A stretch of DNA of 64,000 nucleotides, from assembly GCA_002189035.1 (NCBI GenBank), contig NEEC01000010.1:2852001-2916000 (forward strand). The letters run 5' to 3'. Positions 11,016 through 24,552 of this stretch are shown piece after piece. The stretch comes from Utricularia gibba. Its lineage: Eukaryota; Plantae; Magnoliophyta. The translations under genes were made by a program, and so were the position numbers. The notes below the pieces were generated by a model, which was not told the origin of the DNA, ran no database searches, and was given only the letters and a program-made list of their open reading frames with translations. The first letter of the stretch is position 1; each line of letters opens with the position of its first letter.

Positions 11016-13492
11016 CTAAGAACTCAAAGATGCAGACTTTATTCCTGTGCCACCTGCTTCAGATATACCTGTCGTTTGTCTTAAGCATTTTTCCGGCTGC
11101 CTTACGATGTAAATCTGATCTCCGGCTGTGTTATACATGTCCTGGTTCCGATGCCATGTCCACAGAGCGTGTGTCTCGTTCTTCACCTACGCACGAGCTC
11201 ACACTTTAAGACTGACATGAATAGAAATGGGCAGGATACAGAGAAACTATGCACAAGTATTCATTCATCTGCTGTAATAGAGAGTTAGTTCCACACCAAG
11301 AAATACAAGTAGTATACCTGGAGGATCCCATGGCCAAAGCTAGTTTCCCTGTAGGCGCTGTATTCAGGTTGCTGCTCCCAACAGAAGCTACCCATGAAAG
11401 GGCCAGAGGTGAAATTGTAGGCGCAGAAGCCACCCATGAAATCATCAGGAGTGGTGGATGGATCAGGGCAGTGGCCTGGATCATCAGCATGTGAAATTGC
11501 CATCTTCTCTCTGTTTCCACCATCACCAACTGTTATGTAGACTGGGCCGCATGGATCCAGAGTGTAGTTGTACACTCGATTTGACCTTTCATATGCATGA
11601 ACCTGAACATTTTTGCAAACATAAGTCATGTGATCAAGCATTTGGAATAGAGCATCAGTCAACTACTAATTCATTTTGATTGGAGGAGTCAAAAGAGAGG
11701 CTCTGCCAGAAATGGAGTTACATGTCCATTGAAGACTATGTCAACGCCATTTTTGTAAAGAATATCTTCCATAGACACCCTCATACATTCAGCTTCCCTG
11801 TAGTGTGCCTCGAAGGTGGAGTACCAGGGAGGATGCCAAGCAGCTATCAGCCATGGAGTTACATCTCTACTAACACCACGCAAATCTTTTTCCAACCACT
11901 TGTATTGATCATCTGAAATGGAACAGTCAAATTTTAAGTAATCTCAGCGTTCAGTATGCAAACTTCTAGGCATCAACTAGCTTACCAGATTTGTTGTATG
12001 GAGTGTAACTACCCAGAACAATAAAGTGTATCCCCCCTGCATCGAATGAATAATATGATGGAGAGGAAGATCCACTTTCTCGGGATGGGAATGAAAATCG
12101 GGAGTTATAGGACACAAAAGTTTTGCCTTCAGCTTGTTCTTCTATTTCATGGTTGCCTTGCACCATCATTATTGGAGTCCTGGATATCAGTGGCTGCATA
12201 AATCTGAGAATCCTGGTTAACAAATGGTTTGCTGTGCAAGATACTGAATGCAATAAATATTTTTTTTGTGAACCAATGCAATGAAACATCCTCCAAAAAA
12301 CGAGATTCCATGAAAAGAGCAATTAAGGGAGAGAAAAAGGCTCAAGATTACTACCTTCCCCAGTAATCCCAGCGGGGCTGATAGCTTTCATGAATAGGGG
12401 TGGCTGGGAAAGAGCAGGAGTAGCAGTCTGAACCAGTACCATTTGTAAGATATAAATTTGCATAGGATACATCTCCCAACACCAGAAGTAACTCAGGCTC
12501 ATTTTTTGTGACGTGATGTATAGTTGATGTGGTGTTGTAAGTGAGACCAAGGTCACCAACAAAAGCTATTCTTCTTGGGTAGGATTTTGGAGTTGAAGCT
12601 GGCATCGTCTTGAAACGATGTATGCTGCTCATGGCTGGTATTGACGGATCACCACATCTGTAGTAGTAAACCGTATTGGGCTTTAATCCTACAAAGGAGG
12701 CAAACATAGGGAACCTCAGACTTGCCGGCTCACAATTTTTCATCAAGACATCCAAAAGGAAAACAGAAGAATGGAGGAGAAAGAGGCATGCCCTTTAAGC
12801 GGACATGATGAATAATTCCAGAAGTGTAGTTCAGCAAGCCCGGGAAAGGATACAGCTGACTGTAGACAAGGGATTCTCCAGTAGCTTGGTGATTCATAGG
12901 AAATCTCAGCCTCCCATAGGTAACAAAACTTGCTACCCTTGTTGGCTCTAATGGTTTAATGTTCTCCCCAATTTGAAAATCTCCTGAAAACGATAGTACC
13001 ATAACAAGTATAAGCATGACATTCAAATAGCATCGAAAAAGGGCAAACATATGTGATAGAATTATCGATGGTGGGACTGGTGCCCTCAAAGATTCTGATA
13101 TCTGACAAGCTGAGAACAAACTCTGCGATAACTAGATAAAATTCATATGGACACTTAATTCTAATCACCAAACAGCAGCACATGATGAACAAGACCTGCA
13201 GGAAAAAAGGCATCAGATATCCATGCATACCAGTGATCCAGGAAATCCAGACTGAATCATAAGTTGAAGAAAGAGATACAGAGATTTGCTCAGGCATAAA
13301 TCCAGTGACATGTCGTTGCACTCTAGGATCAGTATCAGGCAAATCTATGGCAATGCCCTTGCAAATATCATCCAGCGGAACAGTTACCGGCTCAAAGGGT
13401 CCATCAAGGGTTGTGGGAATGGAATTCTCAGCGAGAATTCGATAGGCGATATTCACAAGAAGAAAACCAATGGATGCCGCCAAGAAACCCAT
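11016..13492 (-). CDS. Purple acid phosphatase, PAP15/PAP23 (phytase) type
   Basis: Signal peptide plus seven exons. Metal-ligand motifs GDLG, GDVSY, GNHE, AAWH and GH|VHAYER are all present. Last exon VKNETHALWTWHRNQD; TAG at 11016-11018. Confidence 0.95.
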
Positions 13493-14539
13493 GGTCAGAT
13501 GAAAATTGTGAAAAGAAAGAACAAAGGGAAGAGAGTTCAGCAGTCATAGCGATCAGGGGTGGTTCTCATTATCCCACACCCTCTGGTCTCGCTTATAAAT
13601 CGGAAACTCAGCATCTACCCTGAAAATGGCGACGACGGTTGCACCACCACCTGCCGGCGGATATCTGCCGGAGAGCATGTTGCAATCTGCAATTTGATGG
13701 GAATTGATGCAATACTTTATTCTTTTCGCGCATATCGAGAAAAAATGCCAACATCAACGAATTTCACTTCAAATAACATCTTTCAGAAAAATTCGATTTT
13801 CCATCCCTCGCAGTTCGCAGCAGCAAGTAGGGGAGGGGGCCAAGTTGGCTACTTGCTGATTGGGAGACTGCACCTGGCCCAGGTCTTTAGCATCCAAAGA
13901 AGCAGAATGCAGCAGTTTGTCATAGAGAGGAGGAATGCTGCCAAGGACTTTGAACAGCCTTCCATAATTCCATCCATTGCGCGCTCTGATTCTGAGGCAG
14001 CCGATCCAACTGAAAATGTGGTTTTCTTGGCAAACAGATTTCAGGTTTGAGCGCAACTGTCCCGGATACGAATGCTGCACTTGATTCTGTTGATGCTATC
14101 GCGGGTTGACCCTAGAACTTCGGCTTCAAGTTGTGAGATTCATGATCAGGTGCAGTCAGATCAAGCGTTCGTTACAGGAGGATATGGAGAGCTTGCAGGT
14201 TAGAAATATTCCGTAGAGAAGGTAGGTGAAGGACCCAGAACAGGAAATGGGTAAATGAGGTCACTGAAACTGTGCTGTGACATGTGACATTTTATTGTCG
14301 CTGATGGAGAAGGATACATCAAAATGAAGACAGTGGAATCAGCTTCAGGATGAATTTTGGATATACATAAAGCACAGATTACATTTGATCTAGACTGTGA
14401 TCAAGCATAGCAATAAAAAATGACTAAGAGAATACAGAATGTGCAGCTTCTATATGCACAAGACACCGACACCCGGGTGGGAAAACTGCAAATTTCCAAC
14501 AATCACGAACTTGTAGCACCGACGATCCTCCAGCAAGTA

Positions 14540-15795
14540 CTACCCATCAACGATGAACTGATCTTCCTGGTTATTACCATCTTCCCGTGCGTCTCCGTGA
14601 ACATGGTCCAAGTTCTGTGGCAAGTAATGGCTACTTGCAGCAGCGTGATCAGAAATTCCAGAAGGATGACCAGCCCACTGAGAAACAAGTCCAAGAAACT
14701 GATTGGCAATAGTTTGTTGGTCATGTAGTACTCTAGCCTGAAGTTGGCTCATTTCTTCCCTGTGCTGACTTACCATTTCATTCATTCTCTTCTTCCATTC
14801 TAATCTTCTCCTCTTTAGCCTCTCTTCTAACTCTATCTCATGCTTAATTTCCTCTTCTCTTCTGCCCTTTTCTCTTTCTTCATTTTCCCTCTCTATAGTT
14901 TGCCATTCCTCAAGTAACTGTCTCCTCACCTTTTCCCTGGTATTCTTCCTGATTTCCCTTTCCTTTTCCATCCCTTCTAACTTCTTTTGGTGCTCTTTTT
15001 CCATCTCAATTTGATGGTTTTCTCTCCTTTGCATCTCCCTCTCTCGCTCCGCATCTCGTTGCTCCAGATGAATTTCCAGCTTCCTCAAATGGTTTAACTG
15101 GTTCGCAACGAAGGCCCAGGTTTTCCTCTCGGATACTTTCAACCCCTTTTTCTTCTTCCTCAAATCTGATGGACTCGGTTCAATGTCCTCACATACAAAT
15201 CCTTCCTTTGCAGAAACCATACTCTTATTACCTCCTCCACTGTAACCGGCATCATAGTTGAATCCCACATCAACCACCCCGTTTTCGACTACGAAATCCG
15301 CCTCTCCTACTGGAACCATCGGATCAAACTGTAGAATATCAAGCTCATGATCACCCCCTTCAAATCCTCCAGTGCATTCACTCCCCTTGCAACTCCACCA
15401 CTAGCCACAAGTGCTAGAGGAACATCTCCAAACACCTCCTTATATCTTAGGAAATTGGACCAATGTGTTATCCCCTCCATCCAATCATACTCTTCCTCGG
15501 CTGATCCCCGAACTGAACATTCCTGCCTCTTAATCTTCTGCTTCACTAATGCATACTGATGCCTCATATTTTGCACCTTTGTTGACACATCTTTCCAAGT
15601 CCACTGCCATGGATATGTCACCGGGTCACGAGCATGGTGCACAGAATTGACATAAAGAGCGATCGGTCTGTACTTCTTCTCCCTCGTTTTCATTTTACAC
15701 AAACTCCCATCGCAAATCATTTCTCCGTACTTTTCAATCAGAGTCCTCTCTTCCGCCTCAGCCCATTTCTTCCTTCTTGGCTGAGGCATCATCAC
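14540..15795 (-). CDS. Trihelix (Myb/SANT-like) transcription factor with C-terminal coiled coil; single exon with one apparent frameshift at ~15385
   Basis: ORF 15307-15795 (KKWAEAEERTLIEKY...WTWKDVSTKVQNMRHQY) joins ORF 14540-15319 (E/R/K-rich coil) if one G is added to a G4 run. Confidence 0.88.
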
Positions 15796-16443
15796 CTTTC
15801 CCGATTTCCCTCAAACTACATGCAACACCACCCACAACTCATCCAACAGGGAGACACAAGAACCGCGCAATTTCAAAATACCCCCATCAAATTCGCAAGT
15901 AAAAAGATGTAAACAACAGTTCCTTTACTCAACCCTGATGAAGAACAACCCAAAAACTCCCATCTTCTGATGAGTTCGTGAGTGGGCAGATAATCGCTAT
16001 GAACTCACCTTGACTTCAGCAGCCCTCGGATATTACCCCCGCCCACGGCGCCAACGTTTTTCCCGGCTCGATTATCGGGCTCACTGCTGCTAAAGTACGG
16101 CATCGACGACGAAGACAGACGCGGAAAAAGAATCTCCCTCAAGGAGAAAAAGACGCAAAACCCCCACCCCCAAACATGGAACACTTTCCTTATATTTTGT
16201 CTTCCCTGTTCTTATTCTAAAAAAAAAATACAGCCCTTTCTCAAACCAGTTTCTACCTTGACTGTAATTTTAGCATATTTTTTCTTTTATTAGAAAAAAA
16301 CATGAAAAATCATTGACACAATCACTCACTATTTATCATACACTAATTCTCCTGTTTTATACAAATTTACATACTCGATATACCGATTCATCATTCATGT
16401 GCACATATTTAATAAATTTTCATTAAAAAGAATAAATAAATAA

Positions 16444-16467
16444 ATATATATATATATATATATATAT
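16444..16467. repeat. (AT)12 microsatellite
   Basis: Direct reading. Confidence 0.9.
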
Positions 16468-16754
16468 TATTCAATAAATTCATTCAATTCTATAATTATT
16501 ATTTTATTTTTATTATAAATATGTACACATATAAGTTTCATGAATACTTCTACGCGTATCCGTATATCCCTAAATACATGAACCCATATTTGTGCATCAT
16601 AGCTCACTATGGAGTTTAGAAGTTATTTTCGAAATTTTAAAAAAATTTAATCTGAAATTTCAATCAATTTTAAGAAATTTTCTAAAAAAAAAGAAATTAA
16701 AAGACAGATTAGCAAGCATCAAGCCCTAATCACTCCATATGGCCATTACTAACC

Positions 16755-16816
16755 AGCCCATTGATTTCTTATTGGGCTAACAAGCCCAGCCCACGCTTCG
16801 GTAACAAGAAAGCCCA
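16755..16816. promoter_or_regulatory. Cluster of five site II (TGGGCY) motifs between the divergent trihelix and bHLH genes
   Basis: AGCCCA/TGGGCT at 16755, 16773, 16783, 16788 and 16811. Confidence 0.55.
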
Positions 16817-17379
16817 GACTCGAGAAATTAAAAACAACCAAGGAATAAATTAATAAATTCGATTTTATTTCTCAACGATAAAAATTACTGAACATAGGCT
16901 TTAGGGGTTTTATTGTGAGAATATTTTCCCAAAAAAAAGATTCGGAATCTTGACCTTTCCAAAAATAGCAGGTGCGTTCGGGAGTTGTTCGATCCGAATC
17001 TCAAGCAGACAGCCCAATCCGAAGTAGTGGCAGTGAGTTCCAAAATTGGGCACTTCTAACATTAATCTTAATGTGTTAGAAGAGAAGACGGGTGGGTATG
17101 GCTGCTTTTGGAGACGAAGAGTGGAGTTTTAGAGTTGGGTTGTGTGTTTTGGGGGAAAGATGGAATGAGCATCGGTTTTTTTGTTTTGTTTTTATTGGTG
17201 TTGCCATCACTGCTCCTCTACTTTTCATGGCCAAGTTGCATCCACCTCCCTCTTTTTAAAAATCCCTCATCACTCCATTGCTTCCTCCTCGTCCCACCTC
17301 ACGCCTCTTGCCCTTAACGTTTTACAGCTTCTGCCTGTGCTTGAGGTTTCTGGGGTGTGGGTAAGTCCCTTTTGTTGGA

Positions 17380-19772
17380 ATGTATCAGTCTTCATCCTCG
17401 TCTTCCTCCGCGGGCGCCTCCGGGCTCCCCCACAACGGATCCGTGCCTACCCGTCTTGCACCGGCGAGGTTTTTCCCGACGGAGGAGGCCTGTGATTCCT
17501 CTGCAATGGTGGAAGAAGCTACCGCCAACACCACCATCGGACTCAGGCCTTCCTACGGCTTCTGCGTCTCCCCTTCCTCTTTCTCCCCTTCTCTCGTCCG
17601 CCACAGCAGCTCCCCCGCGGCCTTCATCAACCAGCTCGCCGCCACCGTCTCCGCCAATAAAAACGGTACCCCTCCCTCCCTCCCTCCCCTGCTACTCGCT
17701 ATCGTTCCTTAAATCGCTCCCTTGTCCTCCACCGAACCCAAGATTCTCAGCCACTGCTATGGCCTGAGCTGCGCTGTCTGCTCTTTTAACAATCGGACAG
17801 CTTAAGCACGACTGAGCCTTGGTTTTGGTTAGTGGAGGCAAGGAATAGGAATAGCTTCTGTGTTTCCTGGAAAAGGCGTGGTGGATACATTGCATGCAAA
17901 TTGCAGTTTTTTTAATGTTTCTCTAACAATTACAGAGGACCACAAAAATGAAAGAGAATCTTATTTATTTCAAAGGCCTTTAATATCACCTTTGTCCTCT
18001 CCGGTGACCTCCTTTACCTCCTCCAGAATTCTTCTATTCCATGCATGTACGGTATCTTGAAAGACATGAACCGCCACCGAGGAATCGGAATTTCCCTTTT
18101 GGCCTGTCGTTATTTCCTGCAAATCAAAAGAAACTGAGAGAGGGAGGAAGCAGACAAAACCAGAACGAGGTGAGGAGGTGGGTGGAGGTGACGTGAGCAG
18201 AGGGATATAATATAATTCCAGGCCCATTGGTTTCTCCTCATACCGCTATCCCAACAGCTGTTGCTTTTGACTTGTATTCTCAAGGTCACTAGTGTGGATC
18301 TGTGACAGCATCAGATCTGTCTCGTTTTCGATTACCCTATTCATATTAGGCCACATGGGATCACAGGGGCCTCCTCCCCCACCTCCTCCTCCTCCCTGTT
18401 CCGAACACAGACCTCAGAAGCCTGTGTTTTTTTGGGATCAAGAACTGGAGGAGATGATGGGAGGGTGGGCTGCTGCTCTTCTCCTGTGTTTCTCCTCTGC
18501 GGCTGCATTTGAGCTCCATGAACATGTTCGAGTTCTGTGGAGCTGAATGGGGAAGACTCCGTTGAACCGGCGATCGGAGGTTTACTGTCCGGTGGCTGTT
18601 ACTTTTTTTTTTTACAGTCTGGTAAAAGGGTAAAAAGACTGACGTCCGTTGCGGAGTTCTAGGGGGCGACGGCCCCCGTCCCCCGCCCCCGTGGGTCCGC
18701 TCCTAGTTGGCTAGTTGGGCTTTTTAAATAAAGACAGACAACCACCACACCTGGAGTCGTATATTTTATTATTTTAAAAACATCTTTATGGGGCCCACAT
18801 TCATTTAATTTTGGTGTTACAGGGGGAGGAGGGGGTTTTCCGGTGACGAGAGGGGGGAACCCCAAGTCTGTGTGCGACGCCGGAAGCGCGTCGGCGCGGC
18901 TGAGCTTCAACCGATCGGAGTCGCTGTCGAGAATCTCCGAGGAGTCGGATCGTGGGAGCGAACAATTGAATTCGGAGCAGCACGGCGACAAGTACCACTC
19001 CCACGTCGACGCCCCCCATCCCATCCTATTCCCCGTCGAGCAGCGAGCCAAACCCCTCTCCGTGGCGACCTCTTCGCATCTTGATTCCATGGAATCCCAA
19101 TCTCGGGTACCCTGCTCGCCCTCCATACTCCCGCGTTTTTTCCACTTCATTTTTGTGCTCAAATTCTGCGTTTTGTAATGGCAGCTGCAGTTCTGTATCT
19201 CGCCGTCAACGGTGGGCATGTCTTCCATGGATAAGTTACTGAACATTCCCCTGGATTCAGTTCCATGCAAGATCAGGGCCAAGCGCGGATGCGCCACCCA
19301 TCCTCGAAGCATTGCAGAACGGGTGGGTATCCGTTTCACAGAACAAAGAATGAGGGTGTTTGTGAACGAACACGTGTGTGATTCAGTTCGTTTTGTCGAC
19401 AGGAGAGAAGAACGAGAATAAGCGGGAAGCTGAAGAAGCTGCAAGATCTAGTCCCCAACATGGACAAGGTTCTCCCATTTTACTGATTCATACAATCGCG
19501 TTACTCAGCACTTAATCTAATGCGCTGCAAACTCACCATGGCATCAGCAAACGAGCTACGCAGACATGTTGGATTTAGCTGTGCAGCACATCAAAAGCCT
19601 GCAAACTCAAGTTCAGGTAACCACCAGCTTCAGAACACACATTTCAGAATGCTGAAGCTTCGGATTTCGTGTGCATTTCATCGCTGACTCATGATTTGTT
19701 ATGCACTTTCAGAAGCTGAACAAGGACCTGGAGGGCTGCTCCTGCGGATCCAAGAGAAGCAGAAATCTGTAG
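17380..19772 (+). CDS. bHLH transcription factor, FBH / bHLH128-129-like
   Basis: Exons 17380-17665, 18823-19106, 19191-19322, 19403-19468, 19548-19616, 19713-19772, with consistent phases. Motifs LVRHSSSPAAF, SVPCKIRAKRGCATHPRSIAER|ERRTRIS..LQDLVPNMDK|QTSYADMLDLAVQHIK. Confidence 0.92.
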
Positions 19773-20346
19773 CAGAAGCTGAGGGAGTTACACAGCTTGG
19801 CCTTTTGCTACCTCTAGGACTATTTTTGTGTATGTGAATATGCATGCTCTATCCATAGGAAATAAAAAATAATGTGTTGTTTTTTATTCCAATTTTTGTA
19901 AAACATGTACAAGTTTCTGATCTTTATTTTTCCAATGTTGGTTGGAATTATGCACCAATTTGCAAATGATCTTTATTTGCAAGTGTTACATTCTAAATGA
20001 AATCAATAAAATATACTTTTATAGATTATTACATAAAAAATATAAGTTAAAATCAAAAGAATTATAAAAATTTCATTATAGATTATTTGAAATCGAAGTA
20101 ATAACAAACCTTTGAAATCAATTATATGTCTATTATTGAAATCATTAAAAAATATATAATTTATAAAATATCAATAAATACAAGTACAAAAAATCAATAT
20201 ATTTGATAGAATAAACTATAGTTAACTTATAGAAAATTGTATGTAATAAATATCATTCATATTTTACAAGTATAGTTATATATATATAATTATTTCATTT
20301 TTTAGCAATAAAAAGAATTACTTACCAAAAAAGGAAGGGTAAGTTC

Positions 20347-20372
20347 GTGTGTGTGTGTGTGTGTGTGTGTGT
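20347..20372. repeat. (GT)13 microsatellite
   Basis: Direct reading. Confidence 0.9.
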
Positions 20373-21439
20373 TAGACATACTTTGGGTTGTAATAACACT
20401 ACATATGGAAATCGAAAGTCCCTTCCTTTCTCTTCCGTCCCGGTCCGACACGCAACCGGTGTGCCCGAAAGCCACTTTCGCACAGGATTTCAGCCCATCT
20501 GCTGTGATCCCTTTGTGTGTCCGAAGGTGCATCAAGTCGGTCGGCGCCGCCAGCCCATGGGAGCGAGCTCGGTGCACCTGACTCCGACCCACATTCAGGC
20601 GTGGTCCATGAAGGATGGCTCCTTCGGTTTCATGTCAACATTTGGATTCGGGTCTGGTTGACGGCAAGCGGGAGGAGACAGTTGTGGACTTGGGACCGGC
20701 TCGAGATCCCTACCCAGGCTAGGCAACATGCTCGCTCACATGGGCTTCTTCCCAATTATTCTCTTTTGTGTTTTGTATATGCCGTTTTCCACATCTGGAT
20801 TTTGCGTGAATTATTTCTCGCATAAAAAGTCATAGTTTATCAGCAAGTGGCATGAAATGAGGCGGAAGACAGAGTGGACCGGGTCCGGTCCGGCCCTACA
20901 TGTCCTGCTTTTTTCACGGGCGTGCTCGCTCGGTCGGGCCACCCGTGACTCCATTTTTAAACCGTTGTTTTGTAACTGTTTCTCTTAAATACTGAGTCTG
21001 ATGTTACCATCCTATGATCATGGCTTCTTCCTGCTTGTTTTAGGGAGGTTTTGGTGGTCTTCAGGCACTCCTTCAAGAGGGAGGACTTGGGCAGAAGTGT
21101 GTTTGATGGTTTTGATCTTCATAAAACAGGAAGGATCTTTGAACAAGACGGAAGAAAGGGAGGTGACAGGACAGCACATGGGGGATTCCTGCAGCATATA
21201 ATGCAAACACACAAGTTAGAAGCTAATCACTATCTGGTGAACATGCTGCAAAACAGAGGCAATGGAACAAGGCCTTGGTGAGCCACTTCTCCTATCTCAT
21301 CTCTAAAAGAAGCACCACTCAAAAGCTGGTTTCTTCCCCCTGTCTGTCTTTCATCTTCCCGTGAACACCAACCCATCAACTTTTTTCTCCTCCTTCTCTG
21401 GGTACTAATGCTTCTTCACTAAAAAAGTCTCTGCGGAAA

Positions 21440-24400
21440 ATGGGCAACTTTTTCATGCTCCATCTTCTTCTTCTTGTGTGTTTTGCTTCTGTTGGGGGAG
21501 GTTTCGCCGGAGAAAATACTGGGCTTCTAAATGATGAGGTTCTGGGGCTACTTGCCTTCAAATCCGGCATCGCTGACACCCGTAACTCTCTGGATTCATG
21601 GAACGCGGAGGATGAGTTCCCCTGCGCATGGAGATTCATAGAGTGCGGTGCTGTTAACCGCCGTGTGACGGCGGTTTCTCTTGATGGTCTCGGGTTGTCC
21701 GGGAAGCTCGGTAGGGGCCTGGAGAAGCTACAGTTTCTCAAAACGCTTTCCCTGTCGGGGAACAGTTTCTCCGGCGAGATAAGTCCGGAGTTGCTTCTCC
21801 TGCCGAATCTCGAAAGGCTCAATCTTAGCAACAATGGCTTCTCAGGGACAGCTCCTTTGTCTCTTTCCATGGCTTCAAATCTCCAGTTCCTTGATTTTTC
21901 CATGAATTCACTGTCGGGGCCGTTGCCTGATAACTTGTTCCAGAACTGTTCTTCTCTTCGGCATCTTTCTTTGGCAGGGAACCGCATTGAAGGACCAATT
22001 CCAAGTACTTTGCGACAATGCAGTGTTCTTAATCATCTCAACTTGTCCAGTAACCGCTTCTCTGGTCAAGTTTCCGATGGATTTTGGACGCTGTCGAGGA
22101 TTCGAACTCTAGATTTCTCCGCAAATGCGCTCACTGGTTCAATTCCTGGGGGCATTTCCATGATGTATAACTTGAAGGTGCTGGATTTACATGAAAACCA
22201 GATATCGGGTTCAGTGCCTGAAGATATTGCCTCGTGCCCACATCTAAATCAGGTGGATTTAAGCAAGAATCTGATAACTGGAACAATCCCAGAATCACTG
22301 CAAAAGATGAAAGCACTCAAGTTCCTGAGTTTGTCTGACAATGGTCTCACTGGATCTTTCCCTCAATGGATTGATCAGATGAATGCATTGGAGTACATGG
22401 ATTTCTCCAACAATGCCTTGACTGGATCTCTTCCTTCATCCATGGGTTCTATGAAGCTTCTGAAATTTGTGTCCTTGTCCAATAACCAGCTGACTGGAGC
22501 CATTCCCAGCTCATTGGGTGAGTCCACTAGTTGCTTGTCAGTTCTGAGGTTGAGTCAAAACAGCATCAACGGTAGCATTCCGCAGAATTTGTTTGACAAG
22601 AGTCTTGATGAATTGGATCTTTCAAGAAACAAGCTGAATGGGATGATTCCTCTGGCTTCGAGCAAGCTCGCAGACACATTACAAGTTCTGGACTTGTCAT
22701 ATAACAATCTCAGCGGGAAAATCCCAGCAGAAATGGGGATACTCAGCAAATTGAGATATTTGAACTTGTCTTATAACCAACTTGAATCTAGTATACCACC
22801 GGAGCTTGGTTACTTCCCAAATCTCACTGTGTTGGATTTCAGGAGAAACAGCTTGATTGGATCTATTCCAGGTGATATATGTGAGTCAGGCAGCTTGAGC
22901 ATCCTTCAGCTTGATGGGAACTCATTGACAGGACCAATACCTGAGGAAATAGGCAATTGTTCATCCCTGTATCTGCTGTGAGTTAACTTCTTCCGTGCTG
23001 GGATCTTGCACTTTTCCATTCTTTTTTTATGGAAGTAATCTCCATGATTTCATTCTTCTGTCTTATCCTCTGCAGAAGCTTATCATACAACAATATATCT
23101 GGTCCTATACCTGAATCACTGTCACGGCTGAGCGACCTCAAGGTTCTTAGGCTGGAAATGAACCAGCTGACAGGAGAAATACCTCAACATTTTGCCAAAC
23201 TGGAGAATCTCCTCATTGCCAATGTTTCAAACAATCAGCTCGTCGGCCGTCTCCCTCCTGGAGGTGTTTTCCAGACACTAGATGCCAGTGCTATCGATGG
23301 GAACCGCGGCATTTGTTCACCATTGCTTAAGGAGCCCTGCATCCTTAATGTGCCAAAGCCCCTGGTTCTTGATCCATTCGCCTACGGCAACCAAATGAGA
23401 AACCCAAACAAGCACGCAGACCGTTCCACGAGCTTTAGGCACCCCGGATTCTTCACGGTTTCCGCCATAGTCGCCATTTCAGCAGCTGCAGTGATTGTGG
23501 TTGGAGTAGTGATTATATCACTGCTGAACCTATCTGTGAGGAAGCAGATGTCTTTGGTGGGGACTTCATTTGGGAGCAGCAATATGTCCATCTCCACAAA
23601 GTCGGACAAGTTTGGAGCCGGGAGGCTCATCTTCTTCGACTCCGAGTTGAGCTTGGATCTACTCAACAACACTCTCGAAGCTGTGTTAACAAAGTCGGCA
23701 GAAATCGGAGCAGGCGCTTTTGGAACTGTTTACAGAGCTTCCGTTGGAGGGGGACAAGGCACAGTGGTTGCAATCAAGAAGCTTACAGCAACCTACACTC
23801 TACAGTTTCAAGAAGAATTCGAACGAGAAATCAAACTTCTTTCAAAAGCTAGGCACCCAAACCTGAATCCTCTGAGAGGTTACTACTGGACTCCCCAACT
23901 TCAGCTTGTTGTATCCGAATTCGCAGCGGGAGGAAACCTGCAGACAAAGCTCCATGAATCGATGGTATCTCAAGCACTCAGTTGGCAAAGCAGGTTCAAC
24001 ATTATACTCGGAACAGCGAAAGGCCTAGCTTACCTGCACCACTCGTTCCAGCCTCCGATCATCCACTACAACATCAAGCCGAGCAACATTCTCCTTGATG
24101 AGAACCTTAACCCCAAGATATCAGATTTTGGACTGGCCCGAATTCTAACCAAGTTCGATAAGCATCTTCCAAACAACAGGCTGCACGGGGAACCAGGCTA
24201 CACTGCACCGGAGCTGACCTGCCAGAACCTGAGGGTTACCGAAAAATGTGATGTCTACGGGTTCGGAGTGTTGATGCTGGAGCTGGTCACTGGAAAACAA
24301 CCAGTGGAGCCTAGAGAAGACGATGCTGTGGCTGCTAGTGATCATGTTCAAGCATTGCTGGAGCAGGGAAGTGTTTTGGATTGTGTGGACAAGGGAATGG

Positions 24401-24552
24401 GGCCATACCCTGAAGAAGAAGTTCTGCCGTTGATAAAGCTGGCACTGGTGTGTACTTCTCAGATACCTTCTAGCAGGCCTTCAATGGCGGAAGTAGTGCA
24501 GATACTGCAAGTGATCAAGGCACCCTTGCCAAACAGAAATGAAGGCCTTTGA
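21440..24552 (+). CDS. LRR receptor-like kinase, LRR-VII (At3g28040/IRK-like), probable pseudokinase
   Basis: Exons 21440-22977 and 23076-24552. Signal peptide, LRRNT, many LRRs, TM segment and kinase domain (GAGAFG, VAIKK, DFG). The catalytic loop reads HYNIKPSN, so the catalytic Asp is absent. Confidence 0.95.

Noticed and set aside
17357-17767. Pro-rich 136-aa ORF resembling an extensin
   Set aside because: It is an alternative frame over bHLH exon 1 and the CT-rich start of its intron; the other frame carries the family motif LVRHSSSPA.
21376-21987. 203-aa antisense ORF over the LRR-RLK
   Set aside because: It is a shadow of the sense-strand CDS, with no recognisable domain.
24055-24090. 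Missing catalytic Asp (HYN) in the receptor kinase as a novelty
   Set aside because: This is a typical, known feature of LRR-VII receptor kinases.
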